From the human T2T-CHM13v2.0 reference genome, Homo sapiens, in assembly GCA_009914755.4 (NCBI GenBank), contig CP086569.2, positions 18,080,001 through 18,144,000 of the forward strand: DNA of 64,000 bases, written 5' to 3'. The notes below the pieces were generated by a model. It was not told the DNA's origin and searched no databases. It worked only from the letters and a program-made list of their open reading frames with translations. This document shows positions 13,800 to 24,737 of this stretch, one piece after another. How positions within the stretch are numbered: position 1 is the stretch's first letter; each line of letters begins with the position of its first letter. The position numbers and the translations under genes are program-made.

Positions 13800-14009
13800 G
13801 GAAGACTGCCACCTCCTTGGACTTTTCATTAAGTGCAATAAATCCATAATTTCCTTGTTGTATTTAATGGGGGTTCCCTCAGAGGTTAGGAACTCCCTTT
13901 CTTTCCATATTGCAGTATGGCCAGGTAGGATTAGATAAGCATACTTGCTATCTGTATATGCATTTATTCTTTTTCCCTTTTCTAGTTCTAAGGCTCTGGT
14001 AAGTGCCAC
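13800..14009 (-). pseudogene. ERV9 pol RNase H remnant
   Basis: ORF 13557-14009(-) has AYTDSKYAYLILPGHTAIWKEREFLTSEGTPIKYNKEIMDLLHLMK. Compare MLV RNase H TDSRYAF...[23 protein letters not shown]. Confidence 0.7.
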
Positions 14010-14096
14010 TAGTTCTGCTCCCTGGGAACCGGTCCCCAGGGGAAGAGGCTTACTTTCAAGTGTGGTTACCTCAATAGCTATGGCATAACCTGCCCT

Positions 14097-15661
14097 TCAT
14101 ATCCAATTGTTCAAAAATGAGCTTCCATTGACATATAGGTTAAGGTCAGGATTAGCTAAGGGGAGTTCCAATAGATCATCTTGGGCAGCATAAGTCTGGA
14201 CTATAATCTGTTGGCACTCATGCTCCATTGGTTCCCTATCCTCTGGGAGAAAAGTGGCAGGGTTGACGGTCATGCACATGTGTATTTGAAACACTGGTCC
14301 CTCAAGGAATAGTGCCTGGTATCTAAGTAGGCAGTTGTCTGATAGCCATAAACTTCCTTTGGCACCTAGTGTGACATTTACATCATGAGTAGTCCAGACA
14401 GTGAGATCCTTTCCTTGTATTATCTTGATAGCCTCTGACACTAAGACAGCCACTGTCACAACTACACTTAAATAGTGAGGCCAGCCTTTTGCTACTACAT
14501 TATTTTCCTTATTTAGGTATGCCACTGGTTGTGGGGTTGTCCCATGAGTCTGAGGAGAAATCCAAGAGCTATCCCTACTCTCTCTGTGATATATAAAGAG
14601 AAGTTTTGTGCTGTGGGAAAGCTTAAAGCTGGAGCTTGTACTAGGGCCTGCTTTAAGGTTTTGAAGGTTGTTTCTGCCTCTGGTTCCTATTCTACTAGAT
14701 GAGTATTTGCCTTCTGAGTTTCCTTGATTAGAGTATAGAGGGGCCTGGATATCTTGCTGTTCCCTGGGATACATAATCGGCAAAAGCCAGTGATTCCAAG
14801 GAACCCCTACAACTGTTTTAATGTCTTAGGGTGACGATAAGCCAGAATGGGCTGTTTTCATTCCTTGCTGAGGGCCTTGGTCCCTCTGGCTATGATTAAG
14901 CCTAGATATTTGGCCTGCTGTAGGCAAAGCTGGGCCTTTGACCTAAACAGCTTGTACCCTTGATTAGCTAGAAAGTTCAAGAGATCTAGAGTAGCCTGCT
15001 GGCATGAGGCTTGAGAACTGGTAGCCAAAAGTAAATCATCCACATACTGAAGGACCAGAGTGGCTGGATTTGAGAAGTGGCCTAGATCTTGGGCCAGTGC
15101 CTGACCAAACAGGTGAAGCCTATCCCTAAACCCTTGGGGCAAGACTGTCCACGTAATTTGGGACATGTGGTCTGTGGGATCCTCAAAGGCAAAGAGAAAT
15201 TGGGAGTCAGAGTGCAGGGGAATAAAGAAGAAGTTATTCTTGAGGTCCAGAACCATGAACCATTCTGATTCCTCTGGTATTTGAGAGAGCAGGGTATAGG
15301 TGTTGGGTGCAACTGGATATAGAGAAATTACTGCCTCAGTGATGAGTCTAAGATCTTGTCCTAGTCTCCCCTGACTGTTCAATTTTTCTACTCATAGAAT
15401 TGGGGTGTTGCAGGTATTGCTGCATTTCCTTACTCAGGCTTGAGCTTTTAAATGTTTAACAATATCCTGTAATCCTTTATGAGCTTCAAGCCTTAAGGAA
15501 TATTGTCTTTGATAAGGAAAAGTGGTGGGGTCTTTGAGCTTGACTTGGAGTGGGTGGGCATTTTTTGCCCTTCCAAATTGTCCTTCCAATGCCCAGACTT
15601 CAGGGTCGATTCCCTCCTCAAGTAGGAGACAAAATATGGGTAACTTGTTCCCCATATTCAT
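14097..15661 (-). pseudogene. ERV9 pol reverse-transcriptase remnant in several frameshifted ORFs. The protease region upstream (15700-16030) is disrupted.
   Basis: ORF 14858-15382(-) contains LVLQYVDDLLLATSS (YVDDLLLA, gamma-type RT). ORF 14097-14783(-) contains LPLANPDLNLYVNGSSF (connection/RNase H start). ORF 15434-15661(-) holds the RT N-terminus. Confidence 0.8.
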
Positions 15662-16035
15662 GTAGATAATAGCTCCAGCCTTGGCATATATATATCCCTC
15701 CCTAATAAGGGTGTGGGACTTTCAAGCATAACAAGAAAAACATGTGAAAAGAGTAAAGTCTCCCTATTACAACTGAGGAGATGGGAGAAATACCTGGTTA
15801 CAGGCTGTCCCAGGAGCCCTCAGATGGTAATGGACCTTGAGGACAGTCATCCAGGACAGGAGATTAACACTGAGAAAGCCATGCCAGTGTCCAGCAGGAA
15901 GTCAATTTCCTGGCCCTCAATGGTTAAACATACCTGGGGCTCACTGAGGGTGATGACATGAGCTGGTGCTTGCCCCAGGCACCCTCATTCCTGTTGTTGG
16001 ATCATCTGGTTGGGGGCTTCTGACCCAGAGAACCT

Positions 16036-17342
16036 TTATCCTCTGGGGCAGTGCACCTTCCAGTGATTGCCTTGGCATACTGGACATGGACATGGGGGCA
16101 GCTTGTTTCTCAATGGACAATCTTTTTTAAAGTGCCCTTGCAAATCACACTGGTAACAAGCCCTACTAGGTGATTGGCCTGCTCCATTTTCTGTCCTCTC
16201 TGAACCACCAAGGTGTGTTTGTCTGAGGACCATGACTAAGGCTGCGGCCTTTCTCTGATCTTGCTTTTCCTTTTGGTCCTGTTCTTCTTGGTCCCTATTA
16301 TAGAACGCTGAGGTTGCCAGGTATAATAATGCCTCCAAATTTTGTTCAGGGCCCAGGGCTTCCTTTTGGAGCTTTCTCTTGATATCTGCAGCTGATTGGG
16401 TAATAAATTTATCTTTTAGAATCAATTGACCCTCACTGAAGTGATTCGGGTGACAGGGAAGTATATTTTCTTAAGGTCTCCCATAGCCATTCGAGGAAGG
16501 CAGAAGGATTTTCTTCCTTTCCATGAGCTATGGTGGACATCATTGAATAATTCATGGGCTTTTTCGTAGTTCTCTTTAGTCCTTCTAGAACACAGGTGAA
16601 CAGATATTTACTACTCCAGTCCCTATGATCTGAGTCAAGGTCCCAGTGGGGATACATACTGGGGGTAGCTTGCTGACTACTAGGGAATTTGTCCCTTTCT
16701 TCAGCTGGCATTCTATCTTTTACTTGACTAAGATACCATGTATCTCCAAACTCTCAGGCTGCAGCTAAAGCTTCATTCTTTTCATTAAAGGCCAGGGTTT
16801 GATCTAACAGTAGCATGACATCTCTCCAAGCGAGGCCAAAGGTTTGTCCTAGACCCTTTAGGACATATATGTACTTATCAGCATCATCTGAAAACTTCCC
16901 TAGGTCTGCCTTGATCTGTTTTAAATCATAGAGGGAGAAAGAGACATGTATACAGCTTTGGTCAAATTCTCTTCCTCCAACAGCTTGAAGGAGACATAAC
17001 TGATAGCCTGGGCAGGGGGCGTTGTGGTCCCTTGGAGATTTCTTTGCTTATTTCCTTCTGGGTGGGGGAGATTAGAGGAGGCTGATCATTAATAGGAAGG
17101 GGAGCTATAGGGAGGCTAGGATATGGGGGTAAGCTGAGAGGTCCTCTAGTGGGATGTAAGTTGCAAACTTTGCATAATTTTGTATTCTCCTTCAATGAAA
17201 ATAAAGCTTGCATATAAGGTATTTCACTCCAGTTGCCTTCCCTCTTACAGAAAAGGTCATGCTGCAGGATAGTATTGTAATTTGTACTTCCCTCAGGTGG
17301 CCATTTTTCCCCATCACAGAGAGAATATTGGGGCCAGGCCAT
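16036..17342 (-). pseudogene. ERV9 gag remnant (MA/p12 with PPxY, CA with MHR, NC with CCHC)
   Basis: ORF 16036-16425(-) has CYQCDLQGHFKKDCP (CX2CX4HX4C). ORF 16433-16711(-) has QGKEENPSAFLEWLWETLRKYT (MHR: QGxxExxxxFxxRLxE). ORF 16962-17342(-) has SLPPYPSLP (late domain). Confidence 0.8.
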
Positions 17343-18524
17343 AGTGCAGAAAAAAATGAGCCACCTGTTTTTCAGGGTTTGTGGGTCAAATTTGTCTCAA
17401 TGGCTTAGGATGCATTTCAAGGGTGAGCCTGTTGATGACTGAGTGTTTCCAAACTGAAAGACAAAACTACCCATGGTTTCAATTTGTTTTGTTTCTCCCC
17501 CTGCCCAAGAACCCACAACGATCCCTGGACTCTGCTTATCAGAATAGTTAAGCTCACTGATGCAGCAGCAGAAACACTAGTTTTCCTCCCAGAACACAAG
17601 GAGGACCAAGGGAGGTCAGACTTAGTGGCCCTTACCGACACATTCTTGAAAACCTGCAACCTTGCCTGTCCTCCTAGACCCAAAGAGGACAAAGAAAAAT
17701 TGGATTTAGTGGCCCTTACCAATGCATTCTCAAAAACCTGTTAGAGTCTTAAGCATTCTCCTGTTAGGATCCCTAAGGGAGGGAAGGGATGTCCAGGGTT
17801 GGAAGAGTGACACTTTTGTGTTCACTTATACGAATAGGAAGGATAGAATTTCTAAGGCTCCCCCTATCCTGGCTTCAAGAATAGCTTTTGTTAGGCCTGT
17901 TAGTCTGAGGAGGGATCCTAACATTCCAGATAGTCCCCCATGATAGGGCTTTGGGCAAAGATTATGTCTTTCTGATCAGTGAGCCAGGGTGCCTAAAGAA
18001 ATAACAGAGTCCTGTAGTTTATACTAGAAGTCATTCTTATAGGAGAAACTAGAAAATCACCAGAGACAGGGAGTGATTTTTAGAAGTAGGATTAGCCTCA
18101 GAGAAGAGAGGCAAGATGAAGTTTGTCTGGCAAACTTCATTAGGACCCAGGAGGCAAGGGTCAGGATAGATTGGATAGATGTGTGAGTCTCACTTGGGTG
18201 ACATGCCTTTCAGAGATCTGCTCATGGCTGCAGGGTTAACTAACTTGTTGTCGGGACCCCAGAGCTGAATGGCTTTCCTCTCTGTTGATCCTGGGCTCAG
18301 CCTAGAAGTACAGGAAAAGTGGAAGCTGATTCCAGGCAAACCAATGCTCCCAACTCCAAAGAGTCAGGGTTTGTTAGAGAGCCTTTTCCAAGAAAGCGTG
18401 ACACCCACTTCTTTAGTCTGGTGGCCACACTAGTTGCTTTTAACTGGCTGACAGGTGCCCGGTATTTAGCCCCAAAATTCTAAGGAAAAATAGGACAGAA
18501 TAGCAAGAGAAAGGGGTCTGACGA

Positions 18525-18635
18525 TACTCACTGCTTGGTGATAGGTGATAGTCTCACCACTTGGTGATAGGTGATGGTCTCACTACTTGGCAATAGTCTC
18601 ACCGCTTGGTGATAGTCTCTTTGTGGTTGCCAAAA
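18525..18635 (-). repeat. ERV9 leader: four tandem 19-26 bp repeats (minus sense caccaagcggtgagactat-like), abutting a primer-binding-site-like sequence beside U5
   Basis: + strand: tcactgcttggtgataggtgatag / tctcaccacttggtgataggtgatgg / tctcactacttggcaatag / tctcaccgcttggtgatag / tctctttgtggttgccaaaa. The last unit, minus sense tggcaaccacaaagagac, sits immediately 3' of the LTR ...gacaca end, as a PBS would. Confidence 0.55.
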
Positions 18636-19324
18636 TGTGTCTAGAATTGGTGAGTTCTTGGTCTCACTTACTTAAAGAATGAAGACACGGACACTTGCAG
18701 TGAGTGTTACAGTTCTTAAAGATGGTGTGTCCAGAGTTTTTGCCTTCAGATATTCAGATGTGTCCAGAGTTTCTTCCTTTTGTTGGGTTCCTGGTCTCCC
18801 TGACTTCAGGAGTGAAGCTGCAGACCTTGGCGGTGTTACAGCTCTTAAAGACAGCGTGTCTGGAGTTGTTCATTCCTCCCAACCAGGCTCAAGCATGGTG
18901 GGCTGCAGGACCCAAGCCCTGCCCTACAGGGCAGCGGCTGAGGCCCAGAGAGAATTTGACCACTGGGAGGGCAGGCCGGCGGTGCTGGGAGATGGGTGTA
19001 CCCTCTGCAGCTGCTAGCCTGGGTGCTAAGACCCTCACTGCCTGAGCAGAGGCACCGGCCAGCCCTTCCGAGTGTGGCATGCCAAGATGGCCCACCCAGA
19101 ACTCTGGCTGGCCCAGGACAGCCTCCTGCAGCCTCAGTTCCCACCCACGCATCTCCATCCACACCTCCCTGCAGAGGGAGCCAGCTCCAGCCTCAGCCAG
19201 TCCAGAGAGGGGCTCCCACAGTGCAGCAGCAGGATCAAGGGCTCCTCAAGTGTGGCCAGAGTGGACCCAAGGCAGAGAAGGTGCCCAAAGCAAGCAAGGG
19301 CTGCCAGCACACTGTCACCTCTCA
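18636..19324 (-). mobile_element. ERV9 5' LTR (LTR12 family), about 690 bp, lacking the whole U3 CCAAT-repeat block (about 530 bp missing relative to the 3' LTR)
   Basis: The U5-R part (18636-18880) and the distal U3 part (18880-19324) align to 11273-11520 and 12230-12667 of the 3' LTR respectively. The ctgattggtg repeat region has no counterpart. Confidence 0.8.
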
Positions 19325-20880
19325 CCAAGTCTCCAGCAGCCATCTTGGGCCAGGAAGCCTGAGGCAGACAAAAAGGAGGCAGATTCAGCATCCAGCTGCA
19401 CAGGGATCCCTACAGATGTCCTGGCCACAGACCTTGAGTCTCTCTTTGGCCTGGATGTTCTGCGACTGCAACTTCATGAGAAGATCCAGGAGGCCTGGGG
19501 CCAGGGCAGTGCCAAGGAGCTGTCCCCTGCTGCCCTGGAGTAAAGGCGGTGGAGAAAGAGGGAACGGGACTGGCAAAAGAAGAAGCGAGAGGAGCTGTGG
19601 GCAAAATAGAAGACCAAGAAGGCTGAGGAGGTTACAAAGGCCCTGTAGGCAGTCAAGCCAACCCCTGAAGGGGCCTGCAGGAAGCTGCAGGAGCCTCCAG
19701 GACTGATCTTCAACAAGGTGTAGGTGAGCAAAGAGGAGTCAGCCAGCAAGTAGCAGTGCAGAAAGAAGAAGCAGAGTGTGAAGGGAAAGGAAACTTACAC
19801 CACTGACAGGGAGGAACTACCTGCAGCTGCTGAAGCATCTGGATGAGCTGAGTGGCCAGGGTGAGGGGAAGGCACAGCAGCTGTAGGCCAAGATGAAGTG
19901 GACCAATCTCCTGTACAAGACAGAGGATGTGATGATCCACCACGATGATTGCCTGCTGCAGGAGGCCCTGAAGCCCAAGGAGAATCACAGCGCCCAGCAG
20001 CACAGCGAGTGGGAGAAGCGCAACTCAGGCGTGGTAGAGAAGATGCATCAGTGCCAAGACCTGCTGGCAGCAGAACCTGCACAAGAAGAAGGTGGCCCAC
20101 ATCCAGCACCGAATGCTCAGAGCCCACAAGAACTGTATCCTGCTGCAGGACCTGGAGCTTGCAGGCCTAGCAGGAGGGCCTGGCCTGGCCCAGGCCTGGG
20201 CCTTTCCCATGTTGGGCTGCCATCTTCCATCTTGTGAGGCTCCAGGGGACCCTCTCAATCCTTGATGCTGGCTATTCCCAGGATCTCCACGGACCTCGGT
20301 CACTCCCTGTGAAGGGGACCCAGTCGTTCTCTGCTGAGTAGTGAGGTCTCAGATCACGCATATGAAAGAGAATATTTCAGCATCATCCTTGAAAATGCAG
20401 CCTGGGTCCATCAGACCCAGGGAAAGGATGAGCCAGACTGCTGGGCTTGAAAGCTTCCCGGAGGTCTGCAGAGTCAGGAAGGAGGAACAACGGTCACTGC
20501 CCCTTCTCCTCCTGCCTGTGTTCTCAGGGGCCACAGGACTGAAGAGGGTGGCCTTTGTTGCCAGGCCACGTTAGTCCACAGCTCGCCAGAAAGGAGGACA
20601 ACCCTGAGGTGTGGTGAGTGGGCATGTCCAGGCATGGTGCCTACTGGGGCAGAATGCCTGGCTCCTCCCCCATCTCTTGACTTTGGCCTATGGAGGTCTC
20701 ATTCCTTTCTGTTCCTCAATGACCAGAGGCGTTTCACCTCAGAATTCAGAGGGAGCAAGGGAACTGTACCTTCCCAGGGTCAACACCTGTGAATTGGGCC
20801 ACGTGCATTGGACCAAGGGAAAAGAGAAAGAAAGAATAAAACCTAGAGAGAGAGTGAAGCAAATGGAAGATAAAAAGTGA
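19325..20880 (+). other. GC-rich, CpG-retaining, ORF-dense island of unknown identity. Candidate processed pseudogene or degenerate exon-like sequence with coiled-coil-like frameshifted ORFs.
   Basis: Composition differs sharply from the AT-rich surroundings. Overlapping + ORFs (e.g. 19893-20237: MKWTNLLYKTEDVMIHHDDCLLQEALKPKENHSAQQHSEWEKRNSGVVEKMHQCQDLL...) continue across frames. I cannot assign a family from memory. Confidence 0.3.
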
Positions 20881-21729
20881 GATGGAAGATTATATCCAAA
20901 GCTTCAGGCAATTAAAATGAATGCAGGTTGACTAAACTCAGGTGAATTGTAGTGATATATGGATGATAAAGCTGTAAATAAAATTCCGTTGATGAAACTT
21001 TCTGGTTAGGAGACAAAGATTGTAACCGAAAGGGAGCTGGTCTGTTATTAGAGTAGACTGAGATGAAAAGGCACTGTGAAAGTTCAAATGTCCTATGGTT
21101 ATCAGCTTGATCTAAGGGACAGACACAACAGTATATGAAAAGAGTACATAGTCTTTTCAAGCATATATGGAAAATTGATGGAAATTGACCACTTACTTTG
21201 TCCAGAAAAGAAGTCTTAAGATATTTCAAGGTATCAGTGAAGTTATCTGACCATATCCCAACCTAGTTAAAAATTTTTGAGCTAATTATCAAAATTTCTT
21301 ATTTGGAATTTTTAAAACACACTTACAAATTACCTATGAGTTGAAGAATTCCTAATGGGTGTTAGAAATATTTGAGACTAAAAGATAATGGAAATGCAAG
21401 AAAAAAAAGAAATTGGAGGAAGATGGATTTAAACAACTCTTACTAAGTTGAAAATTTACTTCTTTCCTTTTGTATTTTATATTGCTATATCATAATTGTA
21501 CATAATTTGGGGTGCATATGGTAATTTGATACAGGTACACAATGTGCAGTACTGATCAAATCAGGGTGATTAGGACATCCATTACCTTAAACCTTTGCTT
21601 TTAATATTTGTGTTGGGAACATTGCAATTCTTCTAGATATGTTGAAGTACATTTTATTGTTAACTTTAATTTTTTTACTGTACTATAAAATACTAAAACA
21701 TAATTATATCTTCTAACCATATTTTTGTA

Positions 21730-22500
21730 CTCATTAACCACCTTCTCTTCATTCTCTCAACCCCCCCACCCTTCCCAGCCTTTGGTAACCATCATTCTAC
21801 TCTCTCTAGCTCCATGAAATGAAATTCCATTTGTTTTTGTTTGTTTGTTTGTTTTTTGAGACAGAGTCATGCTCTGTTGCCAAGCTGTACTGCAGTGGCG
21901 CGATCTTGGCTCACCACAACCTCTGCCTCCTGGCTTCAAGTGATTTCCTTGCCTCAGCCTCCTGAGTAGCTGGGACTACAGGCACGTGCTACCATGTCTG
22001 GCTAAGTTTTTTTTGTATTTTAATAGAGATGGGGTTTCACCATGTTAGCCAGGATGGACTCAATTTACTGACCTCATGATCTGCCCAGCTAGACGTTCCA
22101 AAGTGCTGGGATTACAGGCATGAGCCACCGTGGCCAGCTGAAATCCACTTGTAAGCTCCACATGTAGTGAGAGCATGCAATGTCTGTCTTTCTCTTCATG
22201 GCTAATTTCAGCTAATGCTCTCTTATTCCATGTATGTTGCTGCAAAAGACAAGATTTCATTATTTTTTTTATGGCTGACTAGTCTTCCATTTTGAATATA
22301 TACCACATTTTCTTTATTCGTTTGTCCGTTGAGGGCCATTTAGGCAGATTCCATATTTTGGCTATTGTGAATAGTGCTGATTAACATGAATGTGTAGATG
22401 TCCTTCAATATACTTATTTCCTTTCTTCATGACATATTCAGTAGTTGAATTGCTGGATCAAATGGCAGCTTTATTTTTAGTTTTTTTGGGAAACTCTAAG
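21730..22500 (-). mobile_element. L1 fragment (older L1P/L1M, ORF2 3' region, antisense on +) interrupted by a nested Alu
   Basis: cctttggtaaccatcattctactctc and tttttatggctgactagtcttccattttgaatatataccacattttctttattcgtttgtccgttgagggccatttaggcagattcc are the antisense of the L1 ORF2 3' region. Confidence 0.7.
21836..22137 (-). mobile_element. Alu SINE (minus) nested in the L1 fragment
   Basis: tttttgagacagagtcatgctctgttgccaagctgtactgcagtggcgcgatcttggctcac...gtgctgggattacaggcatgagccaccgtggccag. Confidence 0.9.
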
Positions 22501-23847
22501 TGTAGAGGTTTTCCATACTGAGAAAATTTATAAACTGAAAGGAAATATACATGGGTATTTCTATCAAAAGTCTTCCTCAAGTGTAACTTCCATGAAACAT
22601 TTATTAATTAGCAAACTGGATCAAAAGGCAGACTTCATGTATAGGTTGATATTAGTGCATCGAAAGAGAAGGGTTAAATTGACAATTCAAAAGCTTTGGA
22701 GAATTAATGAATATTTTTTATGAATTGTTGCATAAGAAATTGTACCAAAGTTAAGTAAGAAGAAAGGTTTATTGGTATCTTGTGATTCTAGTGGTTAAGA
22801 CCAATAATACAAAATATTAGATACTCTAAACACCTGACAAAATAGCAATTGGATAGAAGACAGGTATTCAGCATGTTATCATCACCTTTTTTCTTTTTTG
22901 TCTGTATCCTTTCCATGCATTAAGGCAAAAAGTCCATCAACATATCCCTAACCACACTCTAAAAAAAAAAAATCATTAATCACAATGCAATAAAATTATA
23001 TATTTTCAACATAAGACAAAAAATTAAAAACATAAACCCTCTGTATTAGGAATTTAATAACATTCTTCCAAATAAATGTTTAGGCTGATAATTAAATAAA
23101 AACTTTTATTAGAACTTTAATCAATTAGAAACAGTCATTAAAGGCAAATCCATATAGAAACCTTTAAGGAATGGCTGAAGTAGTATACTGAGTAAAAGTT
23201 GCATAATAGAAACATTTATTATGCATCAAGAAAATAAAAATCCAATGAATTATGCATTGAACTTGGGAAAGTAGAAATAACTAAAGCCAAAAGGAAGCCA
23301 AATAAAATAAAAAGGTGGACTAATAAAAACATAAAAAGAAAAGGAGAACATAGCTATTAAAATATTTGGCAAAAGAATTTAATTTGTCCCTCAAAGCAAC
23401 ACCAATTAGTCCTGCTAGAATTGCATTTTCATTCTGCCATAATACCTTGATCTGCCTGAATTGCAGTGAAAATATTCTTCTTGTTGATGTAGAATGGAAA
23501 TCAGATCACATTTAGGCTACATCAAAAGGAGAAGAAAGGTTTATTATTATACAACTGATACAAAATACTCAATTCTCCAAAGCTTTTGAATTCTCAGTTT
23601 CACCCTTCTCCTTTTGATGCACCTAAATTTGACTGAAGTGCACTCTTGTTTCTGCTGTCTGGTTCTCCAGCATCCTCAGCTGTGCTTTGGTCTGCAGCTC
23701 TCTGCTGTCTCTGAGTTCTACAACACTGCCATGAGGCTTCCATGAGCTGTGATTATACCACCCACCGCACTCCAGCCTGGGTAGCAGAGCTAGACTGTTT
23801 TTCACAAACAAACTAAAACTCAAATCCTGGAAGGGCCAGTGCTTGGT

Positions 23848-23870
23848 TAGTGTTAGGGTTAGGGTTAGGG
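23848..23870 (+). repeat. Short interstitial telomere-like repeat (TTAGGG)x3
   Basis: tgttagggttagggttagggaagg. A diverged copy ttagggccagggtagg lies at 24590-24606 inside a local duplication. Confidence 0.7.
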
Positions 23871-24056
23871 AAGGTTTTTTTGTGCTTAAATTCTGGCTTC
23901 ACCAATCATGAGATATGGAGATTATTTACTATTCCTGGTCTTTGTTCACAAACAGAAAGTTTAGGTGTATTGTGTCCATAGGTCACCTTATGCATAAAAG
24001 AGTTTGATGATGTTGAAATACTAGTCTATCAAGATTAAGAAAATAATATTCTTTAA

Positions 24057-24057
24057 T

Positions 24058-24127
<70 letters not shown>

Positions 24128-24130
24128 TTT
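24057..24130. repeat. (AT)n(AC)n compound microsatellite
   Basis: atatatatat... x about 22, then acacacacacacacacacacacac. Confidence 0.95.
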
Positions 24131-24737
24131 TAATGAGGTCCTCAGGGTATTAACCACCCAAATAAAGGTGATTTCCATCAAGGGCTAGATATCTCTCTGA
24201 CTGCATGGCATGTAATAAATCAAATATCATGGATAGGAAAAAATGGAATTTAGGAATTTTTACAGCCTGGGAAAGGGAACTTAGCTGCAATTTGAAGGGG
24301 AACATAAAGTGTGTGGTGAATGCTGCTCTGTGTTTTTACTGTGGGAATTCATAAAAGGAATCAGGCTTAAAATATTACCTCCCTGAGGCTATAACCTCCA
24401 ACTCAGATGTTAAGGAAAAGATCATTTTCTCTCCTCCCATGTGTCCAGAAGTGGTGCCGACACACATGTCAAGCTTGTAGGTGGCCATAAGTTGTGAATC
24501 AAATAGTTTCTTCCTGATGTTTCCCTTTGGTGTGGTCACATGAACATGATATCTTGGAAAACAAGTACCATAAATAAGCCATGTTTGGGTTAGGGCCAGG
24601 GTAGGATTTTGTGCTTAAATTTTGCCTTCACCATTTTGTTCATATACTTCAAATATTTCACTATTTTGTTCATATCCTTCCAAAAAGATTTGAAGTAAAT
24701 TATTACAAATTACAAATTAGAAATGGACATATACATA

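Larger units (their letters stand above)
11273..19324 (-). mobile_element. ERV9/HERV9 provirus (class I, gamma-like), internally deleted, flanked by LTR12-type LTRs
   Basis: The order on the minus strand is LTR, PBS-like site, leader, gag, pol, env TM, PPT, LTR. Gag has a CCHC zinc finger, MHR and PPxY. Pol has YVDDLLLA RT and RNase H. Env TM has the fusion peptide and CX6CC. Both LTRs share the LTR12 U5-R sequence (revcomp of gtgagtgttacagctc...aagatttattgtgaagagtg). Confidence 0.85.

Noticed and set aside
18845-19706. ORFs of 236 aa and 154 aa (18996-19706 +, 19079-19543 +) spanning the 5' LTR and its flank
   Set aside because: They cross the LTR/flank boundary and sit in GC-rich sequence. 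They are compositional ORFs, not a gene. Only the part inside the 19325-20880 island is flagged, and only as unidentified.
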